A DNA stretch of 63,800 nucleotides, filler included. It is 6 parts of 6 records of this genome, joined end to end, with 100 filler letters (N's around TTAATTAATTAA, not from the genome) between each part and the next. Parts side by side here need not be neighbours in the genome. Positions count along the whole stretch, not along the records: positions 1 to 16,295 come from SRR31147125_8329; 5 more parts are not named here. One strand, 5' to 3'. Positions within the stretch are counted from its first letter, which is position 1, and every line of letters begins with the position of its first letter. Made by a program: the position numbers and the translations under genes. Under the pieces are notes generated by a model, which was given only the letters and a program-made list of their open reading frames with translations, was not told where the DNA came from and ran no database searches. Of the stretch, positions 1 to 9,422 are shown in pieces.

Positions 1-248
1 GGTTGAGTTGAAGTATTAGATACAATAAAAATAATTACAAGGCGAAGAAAATACTAAAAGAGGCTTGAACACCAGCAGGCATTTTTACAACATTAATGTA
101 GAGATCAGGATAGAATGATATCTCGTTCCAAGTCATAATTTGGAATACTATCACCCTCAAATGTCAAAAAAAGTGCGAACCGAAGCTCGCACAAATTTGA
201 TAAACAAAGAACTTTTTCGTGTGTCTGCAAGATCAGGTAAAGATCACT

Positions 249-512
249 ATGGATAAAAAATATCAAGTATTTATAAGTTCAACCTACGAAGATTTACAGG
301 AAGAAAGAAAAGAAGTCATTCAGGCGTTACTGGAATTGGATCGCATACCTGTGGGCGTGGAGCTTTTTCCGGCAGCTAATGATGATCAATGGTCATTTAT
401 TAAAAATGTAATCGACGATTGTGATTATTATATTCTTATTCTTGGAGGACGATACGGTTCATGTAATAACGATGGTGTGGGATATACAGAAATGGAATTG
501 CGCTTGTCATAA
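249..512 (+). pseudogene. Truncated DUF4062 (TIR/NDT-like) domain protein
   Basis: [17 protein letters not shown]...[14 protein letters not shown]...YTEME matches DUF4062. It stops at TEMELRLS*, where family members continue, and no other frame continues it. Confidence 0.7.
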
Positions 513-547
513 AAAAGCCATGATTTTTAACTCACGGCTTCTTTTTA
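511..547. terminator. Probable bidirectional intrinsic terminator
   Basis: AAAAAAGCCATGA...TCACGGCTTCTTTTT hairpin with A/T tails, between convergent genes. Confidence 0.5.
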
Positions 548-597
548 TCATATACAAGAATATCGTCTGTTTGTGACATGAAGCAATGTGAAGAGTC

Positions 598-1290
598 TCA
601 GCGTTCAATGGAATAGGAAATGGGTCTGAAAGAACTCACGATTTTTTTCAAATCATCCTTCAAGCTCGTATACTTTTCTTCTGTTGTTTTTGACACAATT
701 ATATAAGCCTTATCCTTTCTGGGTAAAACACTATAAATCCATACTGGAAAAGATGAGGCAGCTTTATCAGGCAGAACAATAACAAAATAATGTCCCTGCA
801 TCAGTCTGTGAGCCGGTCCGGTTGTCGGCGTAACAACCCGTATTCGGTTTTTCACATTTTTTCCAGTCTCATATTTCTGCATGATTTCGTTCAGGATTGA
901 AATAGTAAGGTCTTTTGAATCAATCTTGTCAGCAAAATGAATAATACCGACTTTAGAAAGAGCATCTGTTCCAACAAAAGCCTCATGCTCAAGATTAACG
1001 AGCCATTGAATATTATCCATTATTTTCTGTTTTGAACTATCATCATCTTTAATACCGCTCTCCCCCACTTTACTGATTTTCCATGACCTTGTTGGAGCAG
1101 AAATGAGAAAATAAAAACGATAATCTACAAATGTTGTATCTACAATGCCTGCATTTTCATATTCCGACAAAACAGGTATATTCTCAACTTTGCCTGGAAC
1201 ATTTTTTAACATTTGACTTAATAACACCCATACGGCGACAAGTGTAAAAACCAACATTAAAACAGCCTGAATTTCAACTTTTCTTTTCAT
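598..1290 (-). CDS. Hypothetical membrane-anchored protein
   Basis: 230-aa ORF with one N-terminal TM helix; no family recognised. Confidence 0.65.
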   Translation of the reverse strand: MKRKVEIQAVLMLVFTLVAVWVLLSQMLKNVPGKVENIPVLSEYENAGIVDTTFVDYRFYFLISAPTRSWKISKVGESGIKDDDSSKQKIMDNIQWLVNLEHEAFVGTDALSKVGIIHFADKIDSKDLTISILNEIMQKYETGKNVKNRIRVVTPTTGPAHRLMQGHYFVIVLPDKAASSFPVWIYSVLPRKDKAYIIVSKTTEEKYTSLKDDLKKIVSSFRPISYSIER

Positions 1291-1348
1291 TTTTCTTATA
1301 TTGTCTTTTAATTATTTACAATTTCAAGTTCTGAGAGATGAAAGTGCA

Positions 1349-3331
1349 TTATGGTTTCCCATTTTGTGTTGTAAAAGTACGACGCACGGCGACAGATATT
1401 TTAGGCCCGCCAGGCATTGGACCAGCTGCGGTTCTGGGATCGATCTCTTTAAATTCAATACCGGCTGGAATAGGAAAATCTGAATAAGGCGTATTTGCCA
1501 AAGCTCTTTTCATGAAATTCACCCAGATAGGCAAAGCACCGGATGCTCCGGTCACACCTTTGCCCCATTTATTCTTCATTACTCGATTATCATCATAACC
1601 GACCCAAACAGCAGTCACCAATTCAGGTGTAAATCCAACAAACCAGGCATCACGATAATCATTAGTTGTGCCTGTTTTTCCTGCACAAGGACGATAAAAT
1701 CCCATGGAACGAATTGTTTTTGCAGTACCATTCTGAACAACACCCCTCATCATATCAAGGATCAAATAAGTCGTTTGCGGATCAGCTATACGCTGACTTT
1801 TCTGCTTCGTTTTTTCAAGCAGGGTACCATCAAATGTTTTGACCTCCCTCAAAAGGTATGGTTCTCTTTTAATCCCCTGATTGGCAAAGGTACAAAAGGC
1901 TGCTGCCATTTCCAGTGGGGATACTCCAGTCGCTCCCAAAGCCAGTGAAAGATTGGGTTTTATTTCACTTTTTATGCCCATTTTTTTTGCATAATTAACC
2001 AAAACCGAAGGAGTTGTTTTTTGTAACAGTTTCACAGAAACAATATTTCTGGATTTCATAAGTGCCCACTTGACAGTCATAGGACCTTCAAAATCAAGTT
2101 CAAAATTTTGTGGTTCCCATATCTCATTATTGACCTGCACTGATAGAGGCTCGTCAATCACAATAGTGGTTGGAGTAACAATACCATTATCTAATGCGGC
2201 AAAATAATTAAATGGTTTGAATGCTGAACCGGCTGACCTGTTATTTGAGATTGCCCGGTTAAATTGGGAATCGCGAAAATCACGACCACCTACAAGGGCT
2301 TTCACTTCTCCACTTCTCGGATCAATAGCCACAAGAGCCGCCTGAGGGTAATTTTTTTGCTCTTCAGTTGAAACATCATCATAGCTATTCAATCCCAGCA
2401 ACATATCCAGCTGTGCGAGTCCCTCTTTAATGGCGATACTTGCATCATACTGTAGTTTCGACTCAAGAGTGGTAAAAATCTGCAAGCCACCATAATTGAC
2501 AGCATCATTTCCCCATTTTTGTACGGCTCTCGTTTTCACTTCCTGAGTAAAATAATCAGCATGACCATACAACTGATTAATACGTAAAAGCTTAATTTCT
2601 TCTGCGATGGCCATGTTTCGCTGTTCATCTGTTATATAGCCTTCGTCAACCATCCTTTTAAGAACGAATAGTTGTCTCTCTTTGGCAATATCATTATTAC
2701 TATAAGGATTATAACGTGCGGGCCATCTGGGAATCCCCGATAATATGGCCGCCTCTGCCAGGGTCAATTCATCCGCATGTTTGGCAAAATAGATTTGAGC
2801 TGCCAGTTCAACTCCATAAACTCCTGAACCAAAATCTATTTGATTTAAATAAGCCTCCAATATTTCATTTTTGCTAAATTGCCTTTCGATTTGAAAGGTA
2901 ATAAAAATTTCTTTAAATTTTCTCCGAAAACTCCGTTCAAAGGTAAAAAACAAATTTTTGGCCAGCTGTTGTGTAATTGTGCTGCCACTGCCTTTAACAT
3001 CCCACTTTATTACGCTGGTAACAAAAGATCTAAGTTGAGCCCGTTTACTTATTCCATGATGTGAATAAAAGGACGCGTCCTCCAGGGCCAACAGAGCGTG
3101 AATGACATGAGGCGAAATCTGATCAAGTTCAACGACTTGTCTGTTTGCCAGCGCTTTAACAATTTGCCCGTTACTACTATAAATTTTTGTTGGCTGGCTT
3201 AGTGCTATTGTATTCAAATTATCCGGGATCTGGGGTAATGTGATAATAAACCGGAATAACAGTACGAGAACAAAAACCAGTAAAATAATAAAAAAAGTTT
3301 TAATGAAAAGTCGAATTTTATTCATTTTCAA
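1349..3331 (-). CDS. Penicillin-binding protein 1A family (transglycosylase/transpeptidase)
   Basis: EDASFYSHHG, GSTITQQLAKN and RKFKE transglycosylase motifs; SAFK, SRN and KTGT transpeptidase motifs. Confidence 0.95.
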   Translation of the reverse strand: MKMNKIRLFIKTFFIILLVFVLVLLFRFIITLPQIPDNLNTIALSQPTKIYSSNGQIVKALANRQVVELDQISPHVIHALLALEDASFYSHHGISKRAQLRSFVTSVIKWDVKGSGSTITQQLAKNLFFTFERSFRRKFKEIFITFQIERQFSKNEILEAYLNQIDFGSGVYGVELAAQIYFAKHADELTLAEAAILSGIPRWPARYNPYSNNDIAKERQLFVLKRMVDEGYITDEQRNMAIAEEIKLLRINQLYGHADYFTQEVKTRAVQKWGNDAVNYGGLQIFTTLESKLQYDASIAIKEGLAQLDMLLGLNSYDDVSTEEQKNYPQAALVAIDPRSGEVKALVGGRDFRDSQFNRAISNNRSAGSAFKPFNYFAALDNGIVTPTTIVIDEPLSVQVNNEIWEPQNFELDFEGPMTVKWALMKSRNIVSVKLLQKTTPSVLVNYAKKMGIKSEIKPNLSLALGATGVSPLEMAAAFCTFANQGIKREPYLLREVKTFDGTLLEKTKQKSQRIADPQTTYLILDMMRGVVQNGTAKTIRSMGFYRPCAGKTGTTNDYRDAWFVGFTPELVTAVWVGYDDNRVMKNKWGKGVTGASGALPIWVNFMKRALANTPYSDFPIPAGIEFKEIDPRTAAGPMPGGPKISVAVRRTFTTQNGKP

Positions 3332-4208
3332 TTGACTTAAAAGAAGGTAAACTCATTATTTTTATTTGCTTTGTTGAATTTATAAATTGTATCAGATAAC
3401 CAACAGATATTTCAGAACATTGAACCTCATATACCCTTATCACGTTCCCAGTTTGTATCTCGAATGCTAAGGTGACACCCCCCTGTTCAACATATTTGGA
3501 AATAGCAATTCTTTTTAAATTCGGATACCATTGTATTACTTTCATAGGATCATTCATGATTTGTAACCGATAAATTTTTGATAAACGATCAAACGCGTTC
3601 CAAAAAAGTTCTGCATCTATAATCCTATCAACAAATCTAGGATCCATATCGATCGAACTTTTTTGCGTTCCTTCGATTTGATCTGGCATGAGCTGCTTTG
3701 AATCTATATATTCATCATGCAATATTTGCCCGCTGCCATCAAGGAAATAAAGGGCCAGTTGAGACTGTTGTTCCACGATTCGAACTGTTTGCCAATGAAT
3801 ATTTCTTAAAAGATCATATAGCAATGTTGGATTGATTAACAGAGCGCTTAATTCAGGCGGTGCTGTTCGGTAAATTCTAAAAAAGTCATTTTTATGCAAG
3901 ACGACTTCGTTTTGTTGCCACAGTACATTCTGGATATCATCCAGATCATGATAATTTTGAATTGGAGTGGAAGAGATCAAACTATCATTTTCAAAAGACA
4001 TGGTTGTTTCAATGCCATTTAAATCTTTTTTCTCTTCAATCCATAAACGACCAACTTTTGGCCGAATCGGATTAAGGATTTGCATACCCGTTCCAATGGT
4101 GATCTCAAAGATATCAAATGACATCTCCAGAATCAATAAAAACAGGATAATAATAAAAACAATCATTTTTGTTTTGGAAAAACGCTTGATATTCATGTAA
4201 TCTTTCAC
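3318..4208 (-). CDS. Hypothetical membrane-anchored protein
   Basis: 296-aa ORF with N-terminal TM helix; overlaps the PBP1A start. Confidence 0.65.
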   Translation of the reverse strand: MKDYMNIKRFSKTKMIVFIIILFLLILEMSFDIFEITIGTGMQILNPIRPKVGRLWIEEKKDLNGIETTMSFENDSLISSTPIQNYHDLDDIQNVLWQQNEVVLHKNDFFRIYRTAPPELSALLINPTLLYDLLRNIHWQTVRIVEQQSQLALYFLDGSGQILHDEYIDSKQLMPDQIEGTQKSSIDMDPRFVDRIIDAELFWNAFDRLSKIYRLQIMNDPMKVIQWYPNLKRIAISKYVEQGGVTLAFEIQTGNVIRVYEVQCSEISVGYLIQFINSTKQIKIMSLPSFKSIENE

Positions 4209-4224
4209 AGATCTCAGAACCTCA

Positions 4225-5099
4225 TTAAAACTTGAATGGAATTGGTGTGAAGGATGTAATAAAAATCAATATCATAATGGCACCAATGATTTTTCTTTTG
4301 CGGTCAAGTGGTGTATAATCATCCAGAGGAGCTGGATGCTTTCGGCCAAAAATAAGCAACAAAATAAAAAGCAATGCCCAGCCAGGATAAATTATGGACA
4401 AGATACCCAATGTACCTAAAAAGACAAACGTAATCTTTTTTGTTTGTCGCTTTCCAAAGATACTGTAAATAATGTGCCCACCATCCAGTTGCCCGATAGG
4501 TAACAGATTTAATGCTGTTACAAACAGACCTGCCCATCCGGCATAAGCCATGGGGTGTAAAACAACATCATATCCCTGGGGAAGTGGACCAATAGCGATA
4601 TAGGAGATGGACTTGAATAATAACGACTCCCCAAGCAGAAATCCGGCTGATTGAATTTGGGAAGTGTCAATAACTGTTGAGTGGAGTATTCCAAAATAAA
4701 CAGCGGGAACGGAAAATACAAAACCAGCCAGAGGACCGGCAGCTCCAATATCAAATAATGCCTTTCTGCTTGGAATAAATCCTTTCATTTGTATAACCGC
4801 ACCCATAGTACCAAATGGATTACCGAACGGGAAAGGGATAAAATAGGGTAACGTTGCGGGAACGCGATATCGCCGGCACATCAAATAATGCCCCATCTCA
4901 TGCGAAAACAATATAATAATGATGGAGAATGAATACCATGCACCACCCGTTAAATACGTAGAAAGGATGGTCAATAATAATAGAATAAGATTTACATAAG
5001 GTTTGTTACTGGCGAGTCCAGGAAATCTGAAATGAAACCTTTTTTAGGTTTTTCCTGATATGGATTATAAGTAAAATTTCTGTTCTGATATTCTTCCAT
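4225..5099 (-). CDS. Site-2 protease family (peptidase M50); probable frameshift near 5040-5045
   Basis: HEMGH and NLLPIGQLDGGH motifs. ATG at 5099 with a GAAGGGAAG RBS joins the ORF if one A is added to the A6 run. Confidence 0.88.
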
Positions 5100-5190
5100 T
5101 CTTCCCTTCTGTCTGGTGTAAAAAATAATAAATTCGATACCTGATTTTTCAACTTTTTCTTTTTCGATTAACGCAATCAGGCTATTTTGT

Positions 5191-6000
5191 TCATTTCAAT
5201 CTGGTCTCTTTAAAGATAACTTTGACGCTATCACCCAATTGGGAATTGAATGATAGAGCAGCACTGGCATTCCTCAGGCTAATTTCAATATTTCCATGAC
5301 TACCGATAATAGCGAGCGGTTTATTTACTTCTACCTGGCTATAGGAATGGCTCAGTTGTTCTATCTTTACGTTTTTGAATATTATTTCCTGCATATCTAA
5401 ATTCGTTATTTCTGAGCCAGGGATATTTGTTATCAAGTTCCCAAATCGATCGACATGGATAATTTCTCCATATAAAACAGAGCCTTTCATAACTGGAGCT
5501 GCTATACCCGGATTCTCGTAATCCGTAATTACAGGCCCTAATTTACTTAAAGGAATTCCTAATGATAAATGAGCAGCAACAGGAGCAAAAATATCTCTGC
5601 CATGAAATGTATGACTTTTATTATTTAGAAAATACCTGTTATTGGTCAAAGAAATAACCTGGATAAAAGATTCTTTCTCGTAAATATACTTTAATACGCC
5701 ATTATCGGGTGCTATAAAATAGTAATTTTTTGTTTTAACTGCAAGTGCTCTCCTTGAGGAGCCAACACCAGGATCAACTATTACCACATGTATTGAATTT
5801 TTTGGAAAATAGGAATAAGATTGGGAGAGAATAAAAGCAGCAGTGTGTATTTCACCAGGAGTCACATCGTGTGATAGATCTATGATATTGACGTTCTGAT
5901 GGATTCCCGCAATGACGCCTTTCATCATACCAACGTAGCCATCTTTTTGTCCAAAATCTGTTAATAGTGTAATAACAGATTTATCTTTTACGAAAGGCAT
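5191..6000 (-). CDS. SAM hydroxide adenosyltransferase (DUF62; chlorinase/fluorinase family)
   Basis: ITLLTDFG, VDPGVGSSRR, APDNG, TFHGRDIFAP and DRFGN motifs. Confidence 0.92.
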   Translation of the reverse strand: MPFVKDKSVITLLTDFGQKDGYVGMMKGVIAGIHQNVNIIDLSHDVTPGEIHTAAFILSQSYSYFPKNSIHVVIVDPGVGSSRRALAVKTKNYYFIAPDNGVLKYIYEKESFIQVISLTNNRYFLNNKSHTFHGRDIFAPVAAHLSLGIPLSKLGPVITDYENPGIAAPVMKGSVLYGEIIHVDRFGNLITNIPGSEITNLDMQEIIFKNVKIEQLSHSYSQVEVNKPLAIIGSHGNIEISLRNASAALSFNSQLGDSVKVIFKETRLK

Positions 6001-6069
6001 ATATTTAAACCCGTAACTATTCTAAAAGAACGACATATCATATATATGACCAGGTCGAACGTAATAAAA

Positions 6070-6735
6070 TCAGGATTTATCATAATAGTCTTTTATCTGC
6101 CTGTAAATAATATCCAGAGAGTCAGGATCTTTTTCAAAGTCCAGCTTGTCCGCTTCGATGGTAAGTACATTGAATTTTTTATCAATTTTTTCAATCCAAC
6201 GGTCATAGGCTTCATTTAAATCAAAGAGATATTCCTTTGTAATTGATTTCTCGAATTCACGACCCCGCTTTCGGATTCTGGTTATTAAAGTCCAGGTCGA
6301 TGCTTTGAGGTATATGATAAGATCCGGTTTTCTGAGGTAATCCGTCATTATTTCAAATAGATTAGTATAGTTTTCATAATCACGATCACTCATATAGCCT
6401 TGTTTATGCTGAATATAAGCGAATATTTCAGCGTCTTCATATATCGAACGATCCTGTACGCATGGCTCGTTTGTTTCCAGTATGACACTTTGATCTTTGA
6501 ATCTTTTTGATAAAAAATAAACCTGCAGGTTAAAGCTCCAGCGATTCATATCGGCATAATAATCTGCAAGATAGGGATTATTAATCACTCGTTCATAATA
6601 GGCATTCCACGCAAATTTGTCACTTATATATCTTGTCAGGGTTGTTTTTCCAACACCAATATTACCAGCAATCGCCAAAAAAAATGCTTTTTTAGGATCA
6701 TGGGGATGTATCGAAGACAGAGACGAGTCACACAT
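6070..6735 (-). CDS. Deoxynucleoside kinase
   Basis: GNIGVGKTT P-loop, DRSIYED, RIRKRGREFE. Confidence 0.93.
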   Translation of the reverse strand: MCDSSLSSIHPHDPKKAFFLAIAGNIGVGKTTLTRYISDKFAWNAYYERVINNPYLADYYADMNRWSFNLQVYFLSKRFKDQSVILETNEPCVQDRSIYEDAEIFAYIQHKQGYMSDRDYENYTNLFEIMTDYLRKPDLIIYLKASTWTLITRIRKRGREFEKSITKEYLFDLNEAYDRWIEKIDKKFNVLTIEADKLDFEKDPDSLDIIYRQIKDYYDKS

Positions 6736-6799
6736 TACTACTTTCCCGAAAACTGTTATTATTTAATATGCATAGTTAACGATAATACCTGTTTTTTTA

Positions 6800-9313
6800 T
6801 CAAACAGACGGATTGTCCTCGAAAAAAACACCTGGCACACCATGGCCTGTTTCATCAGTCGCTCTGAAATAAAAACCATATTCTCCTGCAAGGCCGGAAA
6901 GCTTGACCAGAAGCCAATTCACGCCAGATCTTAATCGAGTCGAAAAAACATAATCATCCAAAACAGCACGCTGATAAAACATATTTTTTATAAAAATCTG
7001 CTCATTGTTTAACCATACTTTGATTGGTTTATTTACGCCGAAACGCATTTGAATGGTGCGAGCTTTGGACGAAAAAATGGGTACTTTAGCATAAATAGTA
7101 CTATTAAATTGAGAACCTGTCATTTTTTTCAAATTTATATAGCCATCTACAAGGCCATCTGACTGGTTACTCCAGGCATGTTCCTGAGCTGGTTCCAAAA
7201 TAATCGAATCCATTTCCAACATTTCAGGATAAAAGGCCTGGTGGAAACCTTTCGTTCGTTTGTAAGAACGTGAAATGTACCAGGCGTTTTCAGGAGGCGT
7301 ACCAGTAGAAACAAAAAAGCTATCGGCTATTTGTTGAGCTCCTTCCATCTGGTAAATAAAAGCAGAAGCATAATTCGCTTCAATTTCAAATTGAAGATTC
7401 TTCTGCTGTATGGAATAATTTTTTAAATTATTTAAATTTTCTATTATTCCTTCCAGTTTTGGATAGGAATTTTGAACAGCACCGAAATAATGCCGCCAAT
7501 AATATTCCCACGAAATCTTCCGAACTGGAAAATACGGGTCTTTGGAACTATAATCAAGTAATTCCCGATTGGTTTTTGGATTTACATTTCCGGAATACAT
7601 TTCTATAATTTGTTTAAAAGCATAGGAATTATGTGTATAATTTGGACCCGGATCATTTTCAATTGTTTTATTTAATAATTCAGTGGCAGATTCAAGATTA
7701 TGCTGATGATAAAGACAGCAATTTACAATAGCAAAAAGATCCAGATAGACAGATGGATCGTTGTTCCAGTCTCTTTTCTTTTTCTCAATCAATCTATCCA
7801 ATCGCTGGATATTCTCTTTGGAATTTGGCTCCAAAAGTTCAAAAAAGGATATGGATTCCATTTGATTCAGGTTTAGTTCATGTGCTTTAGCGACATAGTC
7901 CTTGGCTTTATCACTATTTTCATTTGCCACTTCGACCAGCGCATTATAAAGATGAGCCCAAAATCGGGAATGATCATTTTTAGCAATTTTTAAAAGTCTT
8001 TTCCCCAATTTAGCTGCATTTTTATTTTCTCCTTTATCCAGATAGGCCACAAGCATATGTGTAATGGATGGTTCAAACTTGTGCTCAATCTGCAGCGCCT
8101 TTTTATATTGCTCTATGGCGTCATCAATTCGACCGGCTCTCTGTAATATTTCCCCTTTGGAATCATATGGATTCGGTTCATCTGGCGCCAGTTCAACATA
8201 TTTTTCTATAGTCTGCAAAGCCAGATCAAACTTGCCAATATGCGCGTATACATAAGCAAGCTGATTATGCGCAAGTTTATTTTGCGGATTTAATGCCACT
8301 GCAGCTTCGAGACGAGCCACAGATTGTTCAAAAAGGGAAAAGCTATAATACAGCGTTCCAAGATTATATTGAGCTTCATCATCCTCAGGGAACATGTCTG
8401 TAATTTTTTTATTAATTTCAATCGCCTTAATAAAATCACCACGAGTCATAGCCTCCAGGGATAAAATATTCAACGTTTCCTTGATAGGGGCATTATCAGA
8501 AAAACCGACGGCTTTAGATAAAAGTCTAAAGGCTGTATCATGGTCTTTCATATGAAAATGGAGTTTGGCAAGATGGAGATAAGCAGAAGCAAAAGTACTG
8601 TCAATTTCAATTGCTTTTTCAAAATAAGGAATAGCATCCCGGTAATAAAGTTTGTTTACTATCTCGACCCCTTTGGAATATGCTTCATAAGCTTCTACAG
8701 AATTGGTCATAAAATCGGCAATATTCTGATCCACCTCTCTAATGTCTCTGAACTGAATTTGAAGATCGTTTTTAAGGTTTTTTGCCATGTTATCCATCAT
8801 GGTAAAAACATTTTCCAAACCAGCCCCGGCCACAGTTTTCCGATTAATCAACTCCCCATTTTTACCATCTCTCAGATCCAGCTCTATAACCAGCGAATCC
8901 TTTTTATTATAGTAGCGACCACAAATAAAAACCTCGGCGCGCAATTTTTGGGACACCTGAACTCCAATATCAGGTTCATTAGCCCGCTCCTCATCCAGCC
9001 CTAAAACTTTAAACGCTTCCGAGACGTTTACAGATGGCAGAATATTCAACTGCCTGGATTGAGCCAGATCAGTCACAAGCATTTCCACAATACCTTGCTC
9101 CAACCATTCCAGATTCTGCTTTTGGGTATCATTATGAAAGCACATGACGGCAACCGTCTTTTTAGAAGCGGCAACCTGAATTGTGGCCACTTTTTCCGGT
9201 AAAAGACCAAGTCCGGATTTTGCTTCCAGGCGGATCTTTCGATTACTTTCCCTGTTGCATCCGGCAAGGAAACACATTGTTATGATAACGATTAGAAATT
9301 TTGAATACTTCAT
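6800..9313 (-). CDS. TPR-repeat lipoprotein (N-terminal FlgO/CsgG-like domain, TPRs, C-terminal PA14-like beta domain)
   Basis: MKYSKFLIVIITMCFLAGC lipobox, multiple TPRs, C-terminal KVWLNN...LRSGVNWLLVKL. The ORF track extends it to 9373. Confidence 0.78.
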   Translation of the reverse strand: MKYSKFLIVIITMCFLAGCNRESNRKIRLEAKSGLGLLPEKVATIQVAASKKTVAVMCFHNDTQKQNLEWLEQGIVEMLVTDLAQSRQLNILPSVNVSEAFKVLGLDEERANEPDIGVQVSQKLRAEVFICGRYYNKKDSLVIELDLRDGKNGELINRKTVAGAGLENVFTMMDNMAKNLKNDLQIQFRDIREVDQNIADFMTNSVEAYEAYSKGVEIVNKLYYRDAIPYFEKAIEIDSTFASAYLHLAKLHFHMKDHDTAFRLLSKAVGFSDNAPIKETLNILSLEAMTRGDFIKAIEINKKITDMFPEDDEAQYNLGTLYYSFSLFEQSVARLEAAVALNPQNKLAHNQLAYVYAHIGKFDLALQTIEKYVELAPDEPNPYDSKGEILQRAGRIDDAIEQYKKALQIEHKFEPSITHMLVAYLDKGENKNAAKLGKRLLKIAKNDHSRFWAHLYNALVEVANENSDKAKDYVAKAHELNLNQMESISFFELLEPNSKENIQRLDRLIEKKKRDWNNDPSVYLDLFAIVNCCLYHQHNLESATELLNKTIENDPGPNYTHNSYAFKQIIEMYSGNVNPKTNRELLDYSSKDPYFPVRKISWEYYWRHYFGAVQNSYPKLEGIIENLNNLKNYSIQQKNLQFEIEANYASAFIYQMEGAQQIADSFFVSTGTPPENAWYISRSYKRTKGFHQAFYPEMLEMDSIILEPAQEHAWSNQSDGLVDGYINLKKMTGSQFNSTIYAKVPIFSSKARTIQMRFGVNKPIKVWLNNEQIFIKNMFYQRAVLDDYVFSTRLRSGVNWLLVKLSGLAGEYGFYFRATDETGHGVPGVFFEDNPSV

Positions 9314-9422
9314 AATCTTAACCTCACCTATTATAATTTTTACGATTAAAAATGCATATAATAATAGGATCATTTAAAGTGAATAAAAAGGTTATTATAT
9401 TCGACACTATATTACAAATGCA

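Noticed and set aside
5191-6000. Fluorinase or chlorinase (halogenase)
   Set aside because: It has the TFHGRD motif of DUF62 hydroxide adenosyltransferases and no halometabolite cluster context
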